This document shows, piece after piece, positions 1 through 11,046 of a stretch of DNA of 64,000 nt (positions are counted from its first letter, which is position 1; every line of letters starts with the position of its first letter). Position numbers and translations under genes: made by a program. This DNA comes from Flavobacteriales bacterium (GTDB lineage Bacteria > Bacteroidota > Bacteroidia > Flavobacteriales_D > CAJJDF01): positions 5,074-69,073 of the forward strand of contig CBFHPW010000002.1 in the NCBI GenBank assembly GCA_965657945.1. The letters run 5' to 3'. The notes beneath the pieces are model-generated. The model was not told the origin of the DNA, did no database searches, and saw only the letters and a program-made list of their open reading frames with translations.

Positions 1-1103
1 TTCAGTTTGAATTTAAAATTGGTATTAAACTCCTGTCTTCCACCCTGATTTGCGTATAGATTGACATTGAATTTCTCAGATTCCTCAGGTTTTTTTAATT
101 CTACATTAATTTGCCCAGCAATACTTTCGTATCCATTCATAACAGAACCAACTCCTTTTGCCAATTGAATACTCTCTATCCAGTCACCCGGTACAAAATT
201 CATCCCATACACCGAGGAAAAACCTCGAATATCTGGCAATAATTCTTTCGTAATTTGAATATTTGCTCCTGACAACCCTAACATTTGTATTTGTTTCGTT
301 CCTGTTACAGCATCTGTATACGAAACATCTACAGAGGGATTGGTCTCAAAGCTCTCGGATAAGTTACAACATGCCGCCTTGGCAAGCTCCTTACGGTTCA
401 TACCTTCCATCTTTATTACATTCAATTTCGATATTTCTATCCCCTTTCTTCTCTCAATTACGGTAAAACCTTTGAGTTTGATACTATTGCTAAGAACAAT
501 TTCGATGTTGGATTCATCTGATATTTCCAGGGTATCGGAGACTGTTCCAACATAACTAATTACAAGTTTTGTTTCTTCCTTACTTTTCTTGATTTCAAAA
601 TATCCTTTTTCGTCCGTTGTTGCGCCTTTCATGGTTTCGAGCCAAAAAACATTTGCACTGAACACGGGTATTTTCCTCCCATTTTTACCAATTTCCAGCA
701 CTCTGCCTTTCAGTTTCAAACTTTCTGGCATAGCTGACACTGATTCAGTTTCGGGTTGGTGAGCAGTTTTCACCTCTTCATCTCGGTATTTACAGCATCC
801 GTGAACATTATCGTACTCTTCTTGAGTAGCTTTTACGAGTTCGGTATCGTGACCCACTTTGGCAATTTTTTTATGTAATTCGATTAATTTTACGAACGAA
901 CTGTCGTAGGTAATACTGAGGATGAGGGAATTCACATCCCACTCTGCCGAGGAAACACCTTTTACTCTCACTGCTTGTTCTATTCTTTCTTTGCACATTC
1001 CGCACACTCCATCTACAAAAAAAGTAGTGGATACGGTTTGTGAAATAGATTGATTTGTCAAGAATAGCGACAAAATCAATCCGATTAATTTGATTGTTTT
1101 CAT
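1..1103 (-). CDS. TonB-dependent receptor, N-terminal part (HMA domain + CarboxypepD_reg-like + plug); runs off the left edge
   Basis: Absent from the ORF track because it is open-ended. The reverse strand from ATG (cat at 1101-1103) translates as MKTIKLIGLILSLFLTNQSISQ (signal), then FFVDGVCGMCKERIEQAV (HMA CxxC metal-binding motif), then LKGRVLE..GYFEI (CarboxypepD_reg-like), then plug-like AACCNLSESFETNPSVDVSYTDAVTGTKQIQMLGLSG. Confidence 0.85.
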   Translation of the reverse strand, partial: MKTIKLIGLILSLFLTNQSISQTVSTTFFVDGVCGMCKERIEQAVRVKGVSSAEWDVNSLILSITYDSSFVKLIELHKKIAKVGHDTELVKATQEEYDNVHGCCKYRDEEVKTAHQPETESVSAMPESLKLKGRVLEIGKNGRKIPVFSANVFWLETMKGATTDEKGYFEIKKSKEETKLVISYVGTVSDTLEISDESNIEIVLSNSIKLKGFTVIERRKGIEISKLNVIKMEGMNRKELAKAACCNLSESFETNPSVDVSYTDAVTGTKQIQMLGLSGANIQITKELLPDIRGFSSVYGMNFVPGDWIESIQLAKGVGSVMNGYESIAGQINVELKKPEESEKFNVNLYANQGGRQEFNTNFKFKL

Positions 1104-1176
1104 TTTCTGATTTGTTTAAGTTGAAATTTTATTTAATAAATTTTCACTTTCTGTAAAAGAAAGTCTCCTTAAAAAA

Positions 1177-1635
1177 TCACAGTAAATAAGTTTGAAATAA
1201 GGCGAGTTGCCTGAGATTAGAAATGGGGGGTTTTTCTTGTGTAAAATCACACAAAAATGGATCGCCATCGCGCTTAACTGCATTGAGCTGAAAGGAAGCA
1301 AAAATGAGTAACGGAATTATCAATTCCATTTCTCCCTCACCCAAATTGAAATCCTGACTTACATTGATTTCGGCCTCACCCGATTTGCAGCAATCACTTC
1401 GATCCGTTTTGCTCGTTTGCGAATCGCAAACTAAATTGTGACTCGCTTCACAACATGATTTTTTTTCAACTTTTGTTTCTCGATGCTCACAAACTAATTC
1501 CGAACCAGAGATACTCCAATCCACAATTTCTCCTTCGCAATAATGAAAATCTACCGACAAACCGACCGATGCAGTCAGCATCCAGAATGCTAAAAACAGG
1601 GAGATCGATTTTATTAGGTACGAGTTTCTTATCAT
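1177..1635 (-). CDS. Small Cys-rich exported protein with HYC, CC and PP motifs (HYC_CC_PP-like family)
   Basis: 152 aa with an N-terminal hydrophobic segment. Motifs present are DFHYCEGE, SCCEASH, DCCKSGE and EKPPIS, and there are 10 Cys in total. It lies directly upstream of, and on the same strand as, the HMA-TonB receptor. The family name is from memory of NCBI annotation. Confidence 0.6.
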   Translation of the reverse strand: MIRNSYLIKSISLFLAFWMLTASVGLSVDFHYCEGEIVDWSISGSELVCEHRETKVEKKSCCEASHNLVCDSQTSKTDRSDCCKSGEAEINVSQDFNLGEGEMELIIPLLIFASFQLNAVKRDGDPFLCDFTQEKPPISNLRQLALFQTYLL

Positions 1636-1699
1636 GGCTGCTACAAAGTTAAGGAAAAAAACAAAACGAGATTCTGAACTGCTTTACTTAACAAATAAA

Positions 1700-2353
1700 T
1701 TACGACAATTCCACCAAGCCAGCAATAGTTCCTTTTGGGTCTTGGGCACTAAACACATAGCTACCAGCAACTAAAACATCGGCACCGGCTTCTAGGAGTT
1801 TTGGGGCTGTCTCAGAATTTACACCTCCATCAATTTCTATCAAGGCTTTAGAACCAGATTCAGCAATCATTTTTCCTAACTTCTTTACTTTCTTGTAGGT
1901 GTTTTCGATGAATTTTTGCCCTCCAAAACCAGGATTCACAGACATTAAACAAACCAAGTCAATATCAGCTATTATATCTTCGAGCAATGAAATATTTGTG
2001 TGAGGATTAAGAGCGACACCTGCTTTCATTCCGGCAGCATGTATGGCTTGAACGGTGCGATGTAAATGATCGCAAGCCTCAATATGAACAGTAAGTATTT
2101 CGGCACCATAATCGGCAAACTTTTGAATAAACTGATCTGGATTTACAATCATCAAATGAACATCTAACGGCTTTTTGGCATGTTTTTGAATTTGTTTCAA
2201 TACCGGAAAACCAAATGAAATATTGGGGACGAAAACTCCGTCCATGATATCAATATGGAACCATTGAGCTTTGCTTTCGTTCACCATTTCTACTTCAGAT
2301 TGAAGATTTCCAAAATCTGCTGCTAAAATTGAAGGGGCAATAAGATGTGACAT
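1700..2353 (-). CDS. rpe: Ribulose-phosphate 3-epimerase
   Basis: 217 aa. The N-terminus IAPSILAADFGNLQSEV..HIDIMDGVFVPNISFG and the C-terminal DGGV motif are typical of Rpe. Confidence 0.95.
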   Translation of the reverse strand: MSHLIAPSILAADFGNLQSEVEMVNESKAQWFHIDIMDGVFVPNISFGFPVLKQIQKHAKKPLDVHLMIVNPDQFIQKFADYGAEILTVHIEACDHLHRTVQAIHAAGMKAGVALNPHTNISLLEDIIADIDLVCLMSVNPGFGGQKFIENTYKKVKKLGKMIAESGSKALIEIDGGVNSETAPKLLEAGADVLVAGSYVFSAQDPKGTIAGLVELS

Positions 2354-2459
2354 ACTATTTCTGTTTTGTATTAAGTAAGTAATTCGCCTGCTTTTGTAAA
2401 GATTAGAATTACCTTTGTTTAATTACTTACAAAAGTAATGAAAATACACTGACAAAGCC

Positions 2460-4013
2460 ATGCAAAAAGAAATAGAAATTACCCTTGCTCCGCATAAGAA
2501 CGACATTGAGAATATAAAACGCATATCTGCTTCAACTCTTAAGATTAATATCGAGAGAATTAAAACTATAAGAGTAGTAAAAAGATCCATTGATGCTAGA
2601 AAAGCGAAGCCCTTTTACCGTTTGCGTTTGCTCGTATTTATTGATGAAAAAGCTCCTAAAAATGATTTTGAGCCTAATTTTCAAGAAGGGGAATTAGGGG
2701 AGCAAGTGATTATTGTGGGAGCTGGACCTGCTGGTCTATTTGCAGGTATACGAGCGCTAGAACTGGGTTTGAAACCTATTATTGTTGACCGAGGGAAAGA
2801 CGTAAAAAACAGAAGAAGAGATTTAGCGGCAATCAACAAAGAGCACATTGTCAACCCAGAATCAAACTACTGTTTTGGTGAAGGTGGAGCCGGAACCTAC
2901 TCTGATGGAAAACTCTATACTCGCTCCAAAAAGAGAGGCGATGTAAAAAAAATATTGGAAACTCTTGTAGCTTTTGGAGCAGACACCGACATACTTGCTA
3001 ATGCGCATCCGCATATTGGAACTAATAAATTACCTCAAATAATCGTTGCCATGAGAGAAGCTATAATTACTCACGGTGGAGAAGTTCAATTCGACAGTAA
3101 AATGACGGATTTATTGATTAAAAATGGAGCTGTTGAGGGGATTGAAATTAACGGAACTAGAACCATAAAGGCAAAAAAAATAATCTTAGCGACCGGTCAT
3201 TCCGCGAGAGACATTTACTACTTATTGGACAGAAAGAAGATTGCCATCGAATTCAAACCCTTTGCATTGGGAGTGAGAGTTGAACACCCTCAAAACATGA
3301 TTGATAAAATCCAATACAAAACCGAAGAAAGAGGTGAGTTTTTACCTCCTTCTTCTTATCAATTGGTGTGCAACACAAAAGAAAGAGGTGTGTTTTCTTT
3401 TTGTATGTGTCCAGGAGGAATTGTAGCGCCTTGTGCTACTTCACCTGGCGAAGTTGTGACAAACGGATGGTCGCCCAGTAAACGTAATAATCCGTTTGCC
3501 AACTCGGGAATCGTAACAGAAGTGAAAGAAAGTGACGTAAGCGATTTTGCTCACGAAGGAGCACTAAAAGGGTTGAAATTTCAGGAAAAAATAGAAAAAA
3601 AATGTTGGGAAGCAGCTGGTAAAACTCAATCTGTACCTGCTCAAAGATTAGTAGATTTCATGCAAGATAGAAAATCACTTGATTTACCTGCATCGAGCTA
3701 CATCCCCGGAATTACTTCAGTCGAACTGAAAGAGGTGTTACCTGATTTTGTTGTCCGTAACTTAAGAAAAGCTTTTCTAGAATTTGAATCCAAAATGAAA
3801 GGGTTTCTTACCAATGAAGCGGTGTTACATGCACCCGAATCCAGGACTTCTTCACCGGTTCGGATTCCTAGAAACAAAGACAGCTTTGAGCATATAGAAA
3901 TCAAAGGACTCTATCCTTGTGCAGAGGGTGCGGGATATGCTGGCGGGATCGTTTCGGCTGCTATTGACGGACAAAAATGTGTAGAAAAAATAATGGAATC
4001 TAAAGAGATGTAA
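2460..4013 (+). CDS. NAD(P)/FAD-dependent oxidoreductase (COG2509-like)
   Basis: 517 aa with the dinucleotide-binding motif [14 protein letters not shown]. The length and the C-terminal AEGAGYAGGIVSAAIDG are typical of this conserved family. Confidence 0.75.
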   Translation: MQKEIEITLAPHKNDIENIKRISASTLKINIERIKTIRVVKRSIDARKAKPFYRLRLLVFIDEKAPKNDFEPNFQEGELGEQVIIVGAGPAGLFAGIRALELGLKPIIVDRGKDVKNRRRDLAAINKEHIVNPESNYCFGEGGAGTYSDGKLYTRSKKRGDVKKILETLVAFGADTDILANAHPHIGTNKLPQIIVAMREAIITHGGEVQFDSKMTDLLIKNGAVEGIEINGTRTIKAKKIILATGHSARDIYYLLDRKKIAIEFKPFALGVRVEHPQNMIDKIQYKTEERGEFLPPSSYQLVCNTKERGVFSFCMCPGGIVAPCATSPGEVVTNGWSPSKRNNPFANSGIVTEVKESDVSDFAHEGALKGLKFQEKIEKKCWEAAGKTQSVPAQRLVDFMQDRKSLDLPASSYIPGITSVELKEVLPDFVVRNLRKAFLEFESKMKGFLTNEAVLHAPESRTSSPVRIPRNKDSFEHIEIKGLYPCAEGAGYAGGIVSAAIDGQKCVEKIMESKEM

Positions 4014-4488
4014 GCATTTCTATTCGATCTTCCAGCGATCCTTGTGCTATCATATAATCAAAGTTCAACTCTTTGAGTTCATTTTCGTACCTCAAAAACA
4101 ACCTCTCCCTCTCGTTGGGATGCTCTCTTTGAGGGTCATATTCCCACGGAAAATCTGGCTTACACAACACATAGACAAAGTCCTTATTCGAGTTCAGATT
4201 GCTTAAAATCCATGAATCACAACTCTTGTACTTCTCCTCGCTCCATACCTTAATTGTGAGTAAGTCTGTATCAAACAGCAAGTCACTGGCTGATTTTTTT
4301 GCTAATTCATTTATTCGAAACTGTTCTTTTGCTATGATTAATAAATCTTCTTTCTCATAAGGTCGATTCAAATCTTGAATGTATTCCCTGGCAAACTCTG
4401 GAAGATATTCTCCATTCAGCTTTTTTGACATTGCATGAGCTAAGGTAGTTTTACCTGAGGACTCAGGTCCTGTAAAAACGTAATTCAT
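4000..4488 (-). CDS. AAA-type ATPase, NadR-like nicotinamide riboside kinase family
   Basis: 162 aa with a P-loop GPESSGKTTLA followed by EYLPEFAREY, as in the NadR C-terminal kinase domain. Its 3' end overlaps the convergent upstream gene by 14 nt. Confidence 0.6.
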   Translation of the reverse strand: MNYVFTGPESSGKTTLAHAMSKKLNGEYLPEFAREYIQDLNRPYEKEDLLIIAKEQFRINELAKKSASDLLFDTDLLTIKVWSEEKYKSCDSWILSNLNSNKDFVYVLCKPDFPWEYDPQREHPNERERLFLRYENELKELNFDYMIAQGSLEDRIEMLTSL

Positions 4489-4581
4489 GGTATAAATTTA
4501 GCTCAAAATATGGCAATAAAAAAACCATTTACTTTTTCCAAAGTCAATGGTTTTCAATCTTAAGAAGATAAAAACTAGGAT

Positions 4582-4773
4582 TTAGTTTTCGTCTCTGAAT
4601 TTATTTTCGATGTAAGCAGCTTTCATTCTCGTTTTTCTGTTTGCAACAGAAGGCTTGATATATTCTTTTCTCGCTCTAAGTTGTCTTACCACCTTAGTTT
4701 TATCATACTTCTTCTTGTAACGTTTTAACGCTCTCTCAATGTTTTCTCCTTCTTTTACTTGTACTACTAACAT
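4582..4773 (-). CDS. rpsU: 30S ribosomal protein S21
   Basis: 63 aa basic protein with ENIERALKRYKKKYDKTKVVRQLRARKEYIKPS. Confidence 0.95.
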   Translation of the reverse strand: MLVVQVKEGENIERALKRYKKKYDKTKVVRQLRARKEYIKPSVANRKTRMKAAYIENKFRDEN

Positions 4774-4874
4774 ATCTTCTGTTTAATTTGGATTGCAAAT
4801 GTATATATAACATTTTTGTTTCACAACATTATTAACTACAATTTGTTTACTTTTTTTCTAAAAATGTTTTTTAA

Positions 4875-6014
4875 TTATTTCGTAATGTTTCTGGAGATGA
4901 CCAATTGCTGGATCTGGGTCGTCCCCTCACCAATGGTACACAACTTCACATCTCTGTAAAACTTCTCTACTGGAAAATCTTTTGTATAACCATACCCTCC
5001 AAAAATTTGAACGGCATCATTACAAACTTCACACGCAATTTCAGAAGAATACATCTTCGCCATGGCAGATTCCGTTACCAACTTTTCGCCTCTGTTTTTC
5101 AAATCAGCTGCTTTTGCCAGTAACAAGTCAGCTGCTTCAATCTTAGTGGCCATATCAGCCAATTTAAAAGCAATTGCTTGAAATTGTGAAATTGGTTTCC
5201 CAAACTGCTCTCTTTCTTTTGAATATTTCAATGCTGCCTCGTAAGCTCCCTTTGCTATACCCAAAGACAACGCACCAATAGAAATTCTTCCTCCATCCAA
5301 CACTTTCATAGCCTGAATAAAACCTGAACCTTCTTCTCCAATCAGTTGATCTTTGTGGACTCTACAGTTATTAAAAATAAGCTCCGTAGTTTCCGAAGCT
5401 CTCATGCCTAATTTATTTTCTTTTTTTCCCGCTGAAAAACCTTCTGTTCCTTTCTCGATAATAAAGGCACTCATCCCGTGCGAATCACCTTTTTCACCTG
5501 TTCTTACAATGACCACAGCTACATCTCCAGATTTTCCGTGTGTAATGAAGTTTTTTGAACCATTAATAACCCAGTAATCTCCGTCTTTTACTGCAGTGGT
5601 ATTCATTCCTCCCGCATCAGAACCTGTACCTGTCTCGGTCAAACCCCAAGCCCCAATCCATTCAGCTGAGGCCAATTTTGGCAAATATTTTTTCTTTTGC
5701 TCTTCACTTCCATTGTAGTAAATATGACCCGTACACAGTGAATTGTGGGCAGCAACTGACAAGCCAATTGAACCACAGACTTTAGATATTTCAACAATAG
5801 CAGTAATGTAATCATGGTAATTCATTCCGGAACCTCCATATTCTTCAGGAATAAAAATTCCCATTAAACCTAGCTCTCCTAGTTTCTTGAACAACGGCAC
5901 CGGGAATTCCTGAGACTCATCCCACTCCATAAAATGGGGGCGAATTTCTCTTTCGGCAAAGTCTCTTGCCATTTCTCTTACCATTCTTTGGTTTTCTGAT
6001 TCTGTAAAATTCAT
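4875..6014 (-). CDS. Acyl-CoA dehydrogenase (short/branched-chain type)
   Basis: 379 aa with [14 protein letters not shown], the C-terminal [20 protein letters not shown] and IGEGT, all ACAD hallmarks. Confidence 0.9.
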   Translation of the reverse strand: MNFTESENQRMVREMARDFAEREIRPHFMEWDESQEFPVPLFKKLGELGLMGIFIPEEYGGSGMNYHDYITAIVEISKVCGSIGLSVAAHNSLCTGHIYYNGSEEQKKKYLPKLASAEWIGAWGLTETGTGSDAGGMNTTAVKDGDYWVINGSKNFITHGKSGDVAVVIVRTGEKGDSHGMSAFIIEKGTEGFSAGKKENKLGMRASETTELIFNNCRVHKDQLIGEEGSGFIQAMKVLDGGRISIGALSLGIAKGAYEAALKYSKEREQFGKPISQFQAIAFKLADMATKIEAADLLLAKAADLKNRGEKLVTESAMAKMYSSEIACEVCNDAVQIFGGYGYTKDFPVEKFYRDVKLCTIGEGTTQIQQLVISRNITK

Positions 6015-6028
6015 GTCTATATCCCTAT

Positions 6029-6559
6029 TTAATAGGTTACTAAATTAATTATATTTTCACTGAAATCGGACAATTTTTCTTTCCCTTTTAAAAAACTTAA
6101 TTCAATTATAAATCCAAATCCAGCGATATTCCCACCTTGCTTTTTTACTAATTCGGCTGCTGCAATTGCTGTTCCACCTGTCGCTAACAGATCGTCATGA
6201 ACAAACACATTCCAGTTTGGCTTTATGGAATCCACATGCATTTCTACTGTTGCACTTCCGTATTCCAACTCGTAAGAATGTTGAATTGTATCAAAAGGTA
6301 ACTTGCCTACTTTTCTTACCAAAACGAACGGAACATTTAATTCCAGGGCGAGAGGCATTCCATAAATAAAACCTCTACTCTCTACTCCCACAATTGCATC
6401 AATGTTTTTTTCTCTTAATTGATTCGCAAACTCTTGCACAATTTCCTTAGATAAGCTCGGGTTTTCTACTACCGGAGCTATATCCTTAAAATTTATTCCA
6501 GGTTTTGGGAAGTCAGGTACATTTCGTACGGTTTGTTTTATTTTTTCTGTAAGAGTCAC
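6029..6559 (-). CDS. apt: Adenine phosphoribosyltransferase
   Basis: 176 aa with the PRPP-binding motif VFVHDDLLATGGTA and the FKDI motif near the N-terminus. Confidence 0.9.
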   Translation of the reverse strand: MTLTEKIKQTVRNVPDFPKPGINFKDIAPVVENPSLSKEIVQEFANQLREKNIDAIVGVESRGFIYGMPLALELNVPFVLVRKVGKLPFDTIQHSYELEYGSATVEMHVDSIKPNWNVFVHDDLLATGGTAIAAAELVKKQGGNIAGFGFIIELSFLKGKEKLSDFSENIINLVTY

Positions 6560-6561
6560 GT

Positions 6562-7632
6562 TTATTGAATCATTAAGTATGGTGCAATTTTACGATAATG
6601 TTTAGGCTTAATCAAGTTATTTTCTTGAATTTGTTCTAGCGAAGTAAATTTACCGTGTTGGTCTCTAAAACTAATAATAAGTTGAGTTTGAGAATATGAA
6701 AAATAAGGATGACTAAGTAACTCTTTAAACGTTACGGTATTTATATCAATCTTTTGAATACTTTCATTACTAACCTCAAACTGTTCTTCATGTTTGAGTA
6801 TCCAATCAGCATCTATTCCATACACTTCGGAGAGCTGATTGACAGAAACAAACCCTCCAATTCTATCACGATATTCTATAATTCTAGTAGAAAACACAAT
6901 CCCAATTCCCCTTGCTGCCATCAATTCATCCTTATTCGCTAAATTCAAATCTATCTTTAATAGCCTTTGTTTACTTGGCTCTTTCTTTCGTTCCGATTGA
7001 ATAAAAACATAAGGTTCCAATTCTTTTCTCTTGGCTTCATCCAATCCATATACTTTCCACAAATCTGATTTAGTATTAAAACCACCCGATTTTTTCCGAA
7101 AACGGACTAAGGTCTGAACTGTCTTGTCACTTAACCCAAGTAATTTAAAAGAATCTAAGGAGAGAGTATTGGGATCAAATGGAAATAGTTCATGTTTTCT
7201 ATGCTCTATTTTTACCCGGCTTTTTTTATCTTGATTCACGCCTAAAACTAAGAGTGGCTCAATAGATTCGAACAAAGAGTCGGTCATCGCATACAATTTC
7301 CTCAATTCTTTCTTAGAATGGAAAGGTTTCACCTTATTCCTAAAGTTTATGAGATTCCATGCCTGTTTAGAACTAAATCCCAAGAGCATCAAACTATCTT
7401 TTGATAGGGTATTGGGATTAAATAAAAATTTATGGGCCTGATTGGACTTCTTCTTATCCAACTGAGCTTTTTCCATTTTTGCAATGACTTGAGAATAATC
7501 GCTAGGCTCAGGAACAAAATACCTCGGAATAAGCCAATAAATAAAGCAGAGTAAAAAAATAATAATTAAAAACAGGAGAATTCCTTTCTTTTCGGAATGG
7601 CTAAAAACAAAGTATTTATCAAAGAAATTCAT
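6562..7632 (-). CDS. Helix-hairpin-helix repeat protein (ComEA-like), N-terminal membrane anchor
   Basis: 356 aa with one N-terminal TM segment and repeated FxPNTLSxDSxxLLG modules. The C-terminal LNLANKDELMAARGIG is an HhH motif. Confidence 0.7.
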   Translation of the reverse strand: MNFFDKYFVFSHSEKKGILLFLIIIFLLCFIYWLIPRYFVPEPSDYSQVIAKMEKAQLDKKKSNQAHKFLFNPNTLSKDSLMLLGFSSKQAWNLINFRNKVKPFHSKKELRKLYAMTDSLFESIEPLLVLGVNQDKKSRVKIEHRKHELFPFDPNTLSLDSFKLLGLSDKTVQTLVRFRKKSGGFNTKSDLWKVYGLDEAKRKELEPYVFIQSERKKEPSKQRLLKIDLNLANKDELMAARGIGIVFSTRIIEYRDRIGGFVSVNQLSEVYGIDADWILKHEEQFEVSNESIQKIDINTVTFKELLSHPYFSYSQTQLIISFRDQHGKFTSLEQIQENNLIKPKHYRKIAPYLMIQ

Positions 7633-7680
7633 TCTTCAATTTACTTTATTTCCCTCAAAATTCCAAAACTGATTTTTCTT

Positions 7681-8394
7681 TTAACCTTTTAAAAACTCTA
7701 AGTTTTCGGTTAAGATTTTCTTTACCCCGACATAAAAGAAACTCAATCCAATTATCATCAAGAGATGGGAAAAGTCATTTTTAGAGAACCATTGATGAAG
7801 ATTTATTTTGAAAATAAAAATAAAGGCGGACGGAAAGATTACGGCAATTCCAATAAATATACTGGCAAAACTTGGAGACAGCCTTTTTTTAAATTGGTAA
7901 CTAAAAACACCCACTCCAATAAGCAATCCTAAAATAGTATTGATGGCAATTGGTAAAAACAACAAAGAGGGATTTTTCCACACATTAAGGCTAGTCCAAA
8001 CAACCACAAAAATGAGGTAAACGAGTAACAGTTTCATTTCATACAGCCGTTTTCCTTTTTTTATTAATTTGGAATTCCAATGAGCCTCGAGCATGGCTAC
8101 TTCAATCCAGTAAATGGCCAGAGGTATTAGAAGCCAGCCAATTAGTTTTCCATAAAAATGGTAATAATTGTAGAACAGGTGGCCAAATGCCGAAAAAAAG
8201 GTGGCTAATCCGTAAATCAGAAAGAATCGAAACCATGCCCTAGCAAATCTATTCTTCGTGCGAAGATCATTCATCTTATAGGCAAAAAACATACTAAGAA
8301 CTCCCATTATCAGATCGTAAATAAAATCTGTGGGGTCCGTTAAATTCAATCCGAATAATAAAAAATCATTCGGAGGTAAATCGACTCCAATCAT
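7681..8394 (-). CDS. Polytopic membrane protein, unknown function
   Basis: 237 aa with about 7 hydrophobic segments. No recognisable catalytic motif. Confidence 0.5.
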   Translation of the reverse strand: MIGVDLPPNDFLLFGLNLTDPTDFIYDLIMGVLSMFFAYKMNDLRTKNRFARAWFRFFLIYGLATFFSAFGHLFYNYYHFYGKLIGWLLIPLAIYWIEVAMLEAHWNSKLIKKGKRLYEMKLLLVYLIFVVVWTSLNVWKNPSLLFLPIAINTILGLLIGVGVFSYQFKKRLSPSFASIFIGIAVIFPSAFIFIFKINLHQWFSKNDFSHLLMIIGLSFFYVGVKKILTENLEFLKG

Positions 8395-8399
8395 TTTGT

Positions 8400-10085
8400 T
8401 TATGCTTTCATGGCTTTTATTTTACCCATGTATTTTTTCAACTCGGCTCTTACTTTTGGAGCAAGAATAACCAATCCAATCATATTAGGAACCAACATTG
8501 CAAAAATCATTGCATCTGAGAAATCAATTACAGATCCCAAACTTGAGGCTGCACCAACGATTACAAATAAACAAAACAAAACTTTGTATGTGTTTCCCAC
8601 TAATTTGCTTCTTCCAAAAAGAAATGACCATGCTTGGTAACCGTAATAAGACCAAGAAATCATAGAAGAGAATGCAAATAAGACAACAGCAACTGTTAAG
8701 ACATAAGGAAACCAAGAAATAGATTGTGCAAATGCATCAGAAGTAACCTCAACTCCCTTTGTCACCTTCACTCCGTATTCAAAAACATTTCCTCTAATGT
8801 TTGAAATTACCAATACTAAAGACGTCATAGTACAGACAATTACTGTATCGATAAATGGCTCTAAAAGCGCTACCAAACCTTCACTTGAGGGATTTTTTGT
8901 TTTTACAGCAGAGTGAGCTATGGAAGCAGAACCGATCCCAGCTTCATTAGAAAATGCAGCACGTTTAAAACCTTGAACCAATACAACTCCTATTGCACCT
9001 CCTGCAATTGAATCCCATCCAAATGCACCTCCGATTATTTGACTGAATGCTTGAGGAATAAACTCAAAATTCATAAATAATACAGCGATAACAGCTAAGG
9101 CATAAATCCCAACCATGAAAGGAACAATTTTATCAGTTACTTTTGCAATTTTTTTAATCCCCCCTATAATTACGATTCCTACTAAAACAGACATCACCAA
9201 TCCAAAAACTGCCCCGTATCCTGCCAAAACACTATTTTCTCCACCGGTAACCGACTGAACCATTTCAAAAGCTTGATTTACCTGAAACATATTTCCTCCA
9301 CCGAAAGAACCACCAATACACATGATTGCAAATAACACAGCCAACACTTTTCCTACAGGTCCGGAAATTCCTTTTTTCAAATAATACATTGGCCCTCCGT
9401 ACACAGTTCCATCTTTACCAATCTCTCGGTATTTTACTCCTAAAGTACACTCTATAAATTTAGACGACATCCCTAACAAACCTGCCAAAATCATCCAAAA
9501 AGTTGCACCAGGACCGCCCAATGAAAGTGCCACAGCAACCCCTGCAATATTTCCCAAACCAACCGTTGCAGAAAGAGCGGCAGTTAAGGCCTGAAAGTGA
9601 GAAACTTCTCCATGGTGATCTCCCTCAACGCGAATTGTATCCGGATTATCAATTGTATCGTCATCTTCTTTAGAATCGGGGAATAGATTGGATGATTTTA
9701 CCTCATGATTTTCTTCTAAATCATCATATTTTCCTCGAACAATATTAATGGAAGTTTTAAATCCTCGAACATTAATAAATTTAAAATACAAAGTAAAATA
9801 TAGTGCTCCAAATATGAGCACAATTAACACCCAAGGAACATTGAGTGAATCACTAAACGGAATTTCATAAAAAATACCTTCAACAAACCATCCTGTGTAT
9901 TCGCCAAAAGTTTTGTCAATCTTTTCATCTAACCCTAATTCTTTTGCTGTTTCGGTAGCCGCAGCAACTGATGTAGACATTTCTGTCAAAACCTCTTCAC
10001 TTTCACTTACCGCAAGACCTTGATCTTGAGCCATAAACAAGAATGGAATAGAAATAAAAAGTAGCGTTAGGTATTTTTTGAACAT
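8400..10085 (-). CDS. Alanine/glycine:cation symporter (AGCS family)
   Basis: 561 aa with [29 protein letters not shown], typical of sodium:alanine symporters. It has a long N-terminal extension. Confidence 0.85.
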   Translation of the reverse strand: MFKKYLTLLFISIPFLFMAQDQGLAVSESEEVLTEMSTSVAAATETAKELGLDEKIDKTFGEYTGWFVEGIFYEIPFSDSLNVPWVLIVLIFGALYFTLYFKFINVRGFKTSINIVRGKYDDLEENHEVKSSNLFPDSKEDDDTIDNPDTIRVEGDHHGEVSHFQALTAALSATVGLGNIAGVAVALSLGGPGATFWMILAGLLGMSSKFIECTLGVKYREIGKDGTVYGGPMYYLKKGISGPVGKVLAVLFAIMCIGGSFGGGNMFQVNQAFEMVQSVTGGENSVLAGYGAVFGLVMSVLVGIVIIGGIKKIAKVTDKIVPFMVGIYALAVIAVLFMNFEFIPQAFSQIIGGAFGWDSIAGGAIGVVLVQGFKRAAFSNEAGIGSASIAHSAVKTKNPSSEGLVALLEPFIDTVIVCTMTSLVLVISNIRGNVFEYGVKVTKGVEVTSDAFAQSISWFPYVLTVAVVLFAFSSMISWSYYGYQAWSFLFGRSKLVGNTYKVLFCLFVIVGAASSLGSVIDFSDAMIFAMLVPNMIGLVILAPKVRAELKKYMGKIKAMKA

Positions 10086-10143
10086 ACATTATTTTTTTGA
10101 TGAAGCTCAAATATAGAAAAAGTGCGAGCGCTTGCCAAATATA

Positions 10144-11046
10144 TTAAATCTGTTCGGCCAGAAAAGCAAGCGAATCTTCAAGCGAAAGAGGAGAATAGCC
10201 TAATTCTCTTCTTGCTTTGTCGATTACGAACCCGGTTTTTGCCGGACGAGCCGCTGTTTGATTCAGTGTCAATGTTTTAATAGGCGTCACACAGTCCGTT
10301 GATAAACTGTAATACTTACCTATCCTCTTTACAATTTCTAGAATACTCATAGTTTCAGGACCCGATAAGTGATAAATTCCTTGAGCATTTTTATCTGCTA
10401 TCAAAATGCAACCTTTAGCCAAATCTTCCGCCAGAGTTGGAGCTCTAAACTGATCATCCACAACATTGATAGGCGATTGTTTTTCTAGTGCTCCTTTTGC
10501 CCATAAAACTAAATTTCCTCGGCTAAGATTATCTCCATTACCAAACACAATAATGGTTCGAGCAATGGCAGTATTCTTGTATCCACTCTCTTGTATTAAT
10601 TCCTCGGAAGCTAACTTAGATTTTGCATAATAGCTCAATGGATTAGGCTCATCTGACTCGCTGTAAGGTCCATTTTCTCCATCAAAAACAAAATCGGTAG
10701 ACAGATGAACAAAATGAGACTGATGCTTGATAGACTCTTTGAGCAAATAATCAACAGCTGTTACGTTTATCTTCCAGCAATTATCTCGGTCGTCTTCGCA
10801 AGAATCTACATTCGTCATGGCAGCTGTATTAATTACTACTTGCGGCTTGTATTTCTGCATTACTTCTTCCACCTCTTCCTTAGAAGTAATATCCATCGAA
10901 ACGTAAGTAAAATCCTGAACAATCCTTCGGTTTTCACCTTTCGAGGTTGCAATTAATTCTATGTCAGCTCTGTGCTTTAGTTGGTTTACTATTTTTTGAC
11001 CCAATAGTCCATTTGATCCAGTTACTAAGATTGACTTTTTACCCAT
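10144..11046 (-). CDS. SDR-family NAD(P)-dependent oxidoreductase, RmlD (dTDP-4-dehydrorhamnose reductase)-like
   Basis: 300 aa with the Rossmann motif ILVTGSNGLLG and YAKSK (YxxxK). The length and layout match the RmlD substrate-binding family. Confidence 0.7.
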   Translation of the reverse strand: MGKKSILVTGSNGLLGQKIVNQLKHRADIELIATSKGENRRIVQDFTYVSMDITSKEEVEEVMQKYKPQVVINTAAMTNVDSCEDDRDNCWKINVTAVDYLLKESIKHQSHFVHLSTDFVFDGENGPYSESDEPNPLSYYAKSKLASEELIQESGYKNTAIARTIIVFGNGDNLSRGNLVLWAKGALEKQSPINVVDDQFRAPTLAEDLAKGCILIADKNAQGIYHLSGPETMSILEIVKRIGKYYSLSTDCVTPIKTLTLNQTAARPAKTGFVIDKARRELGYSPLSLEDSLAFLAEQI

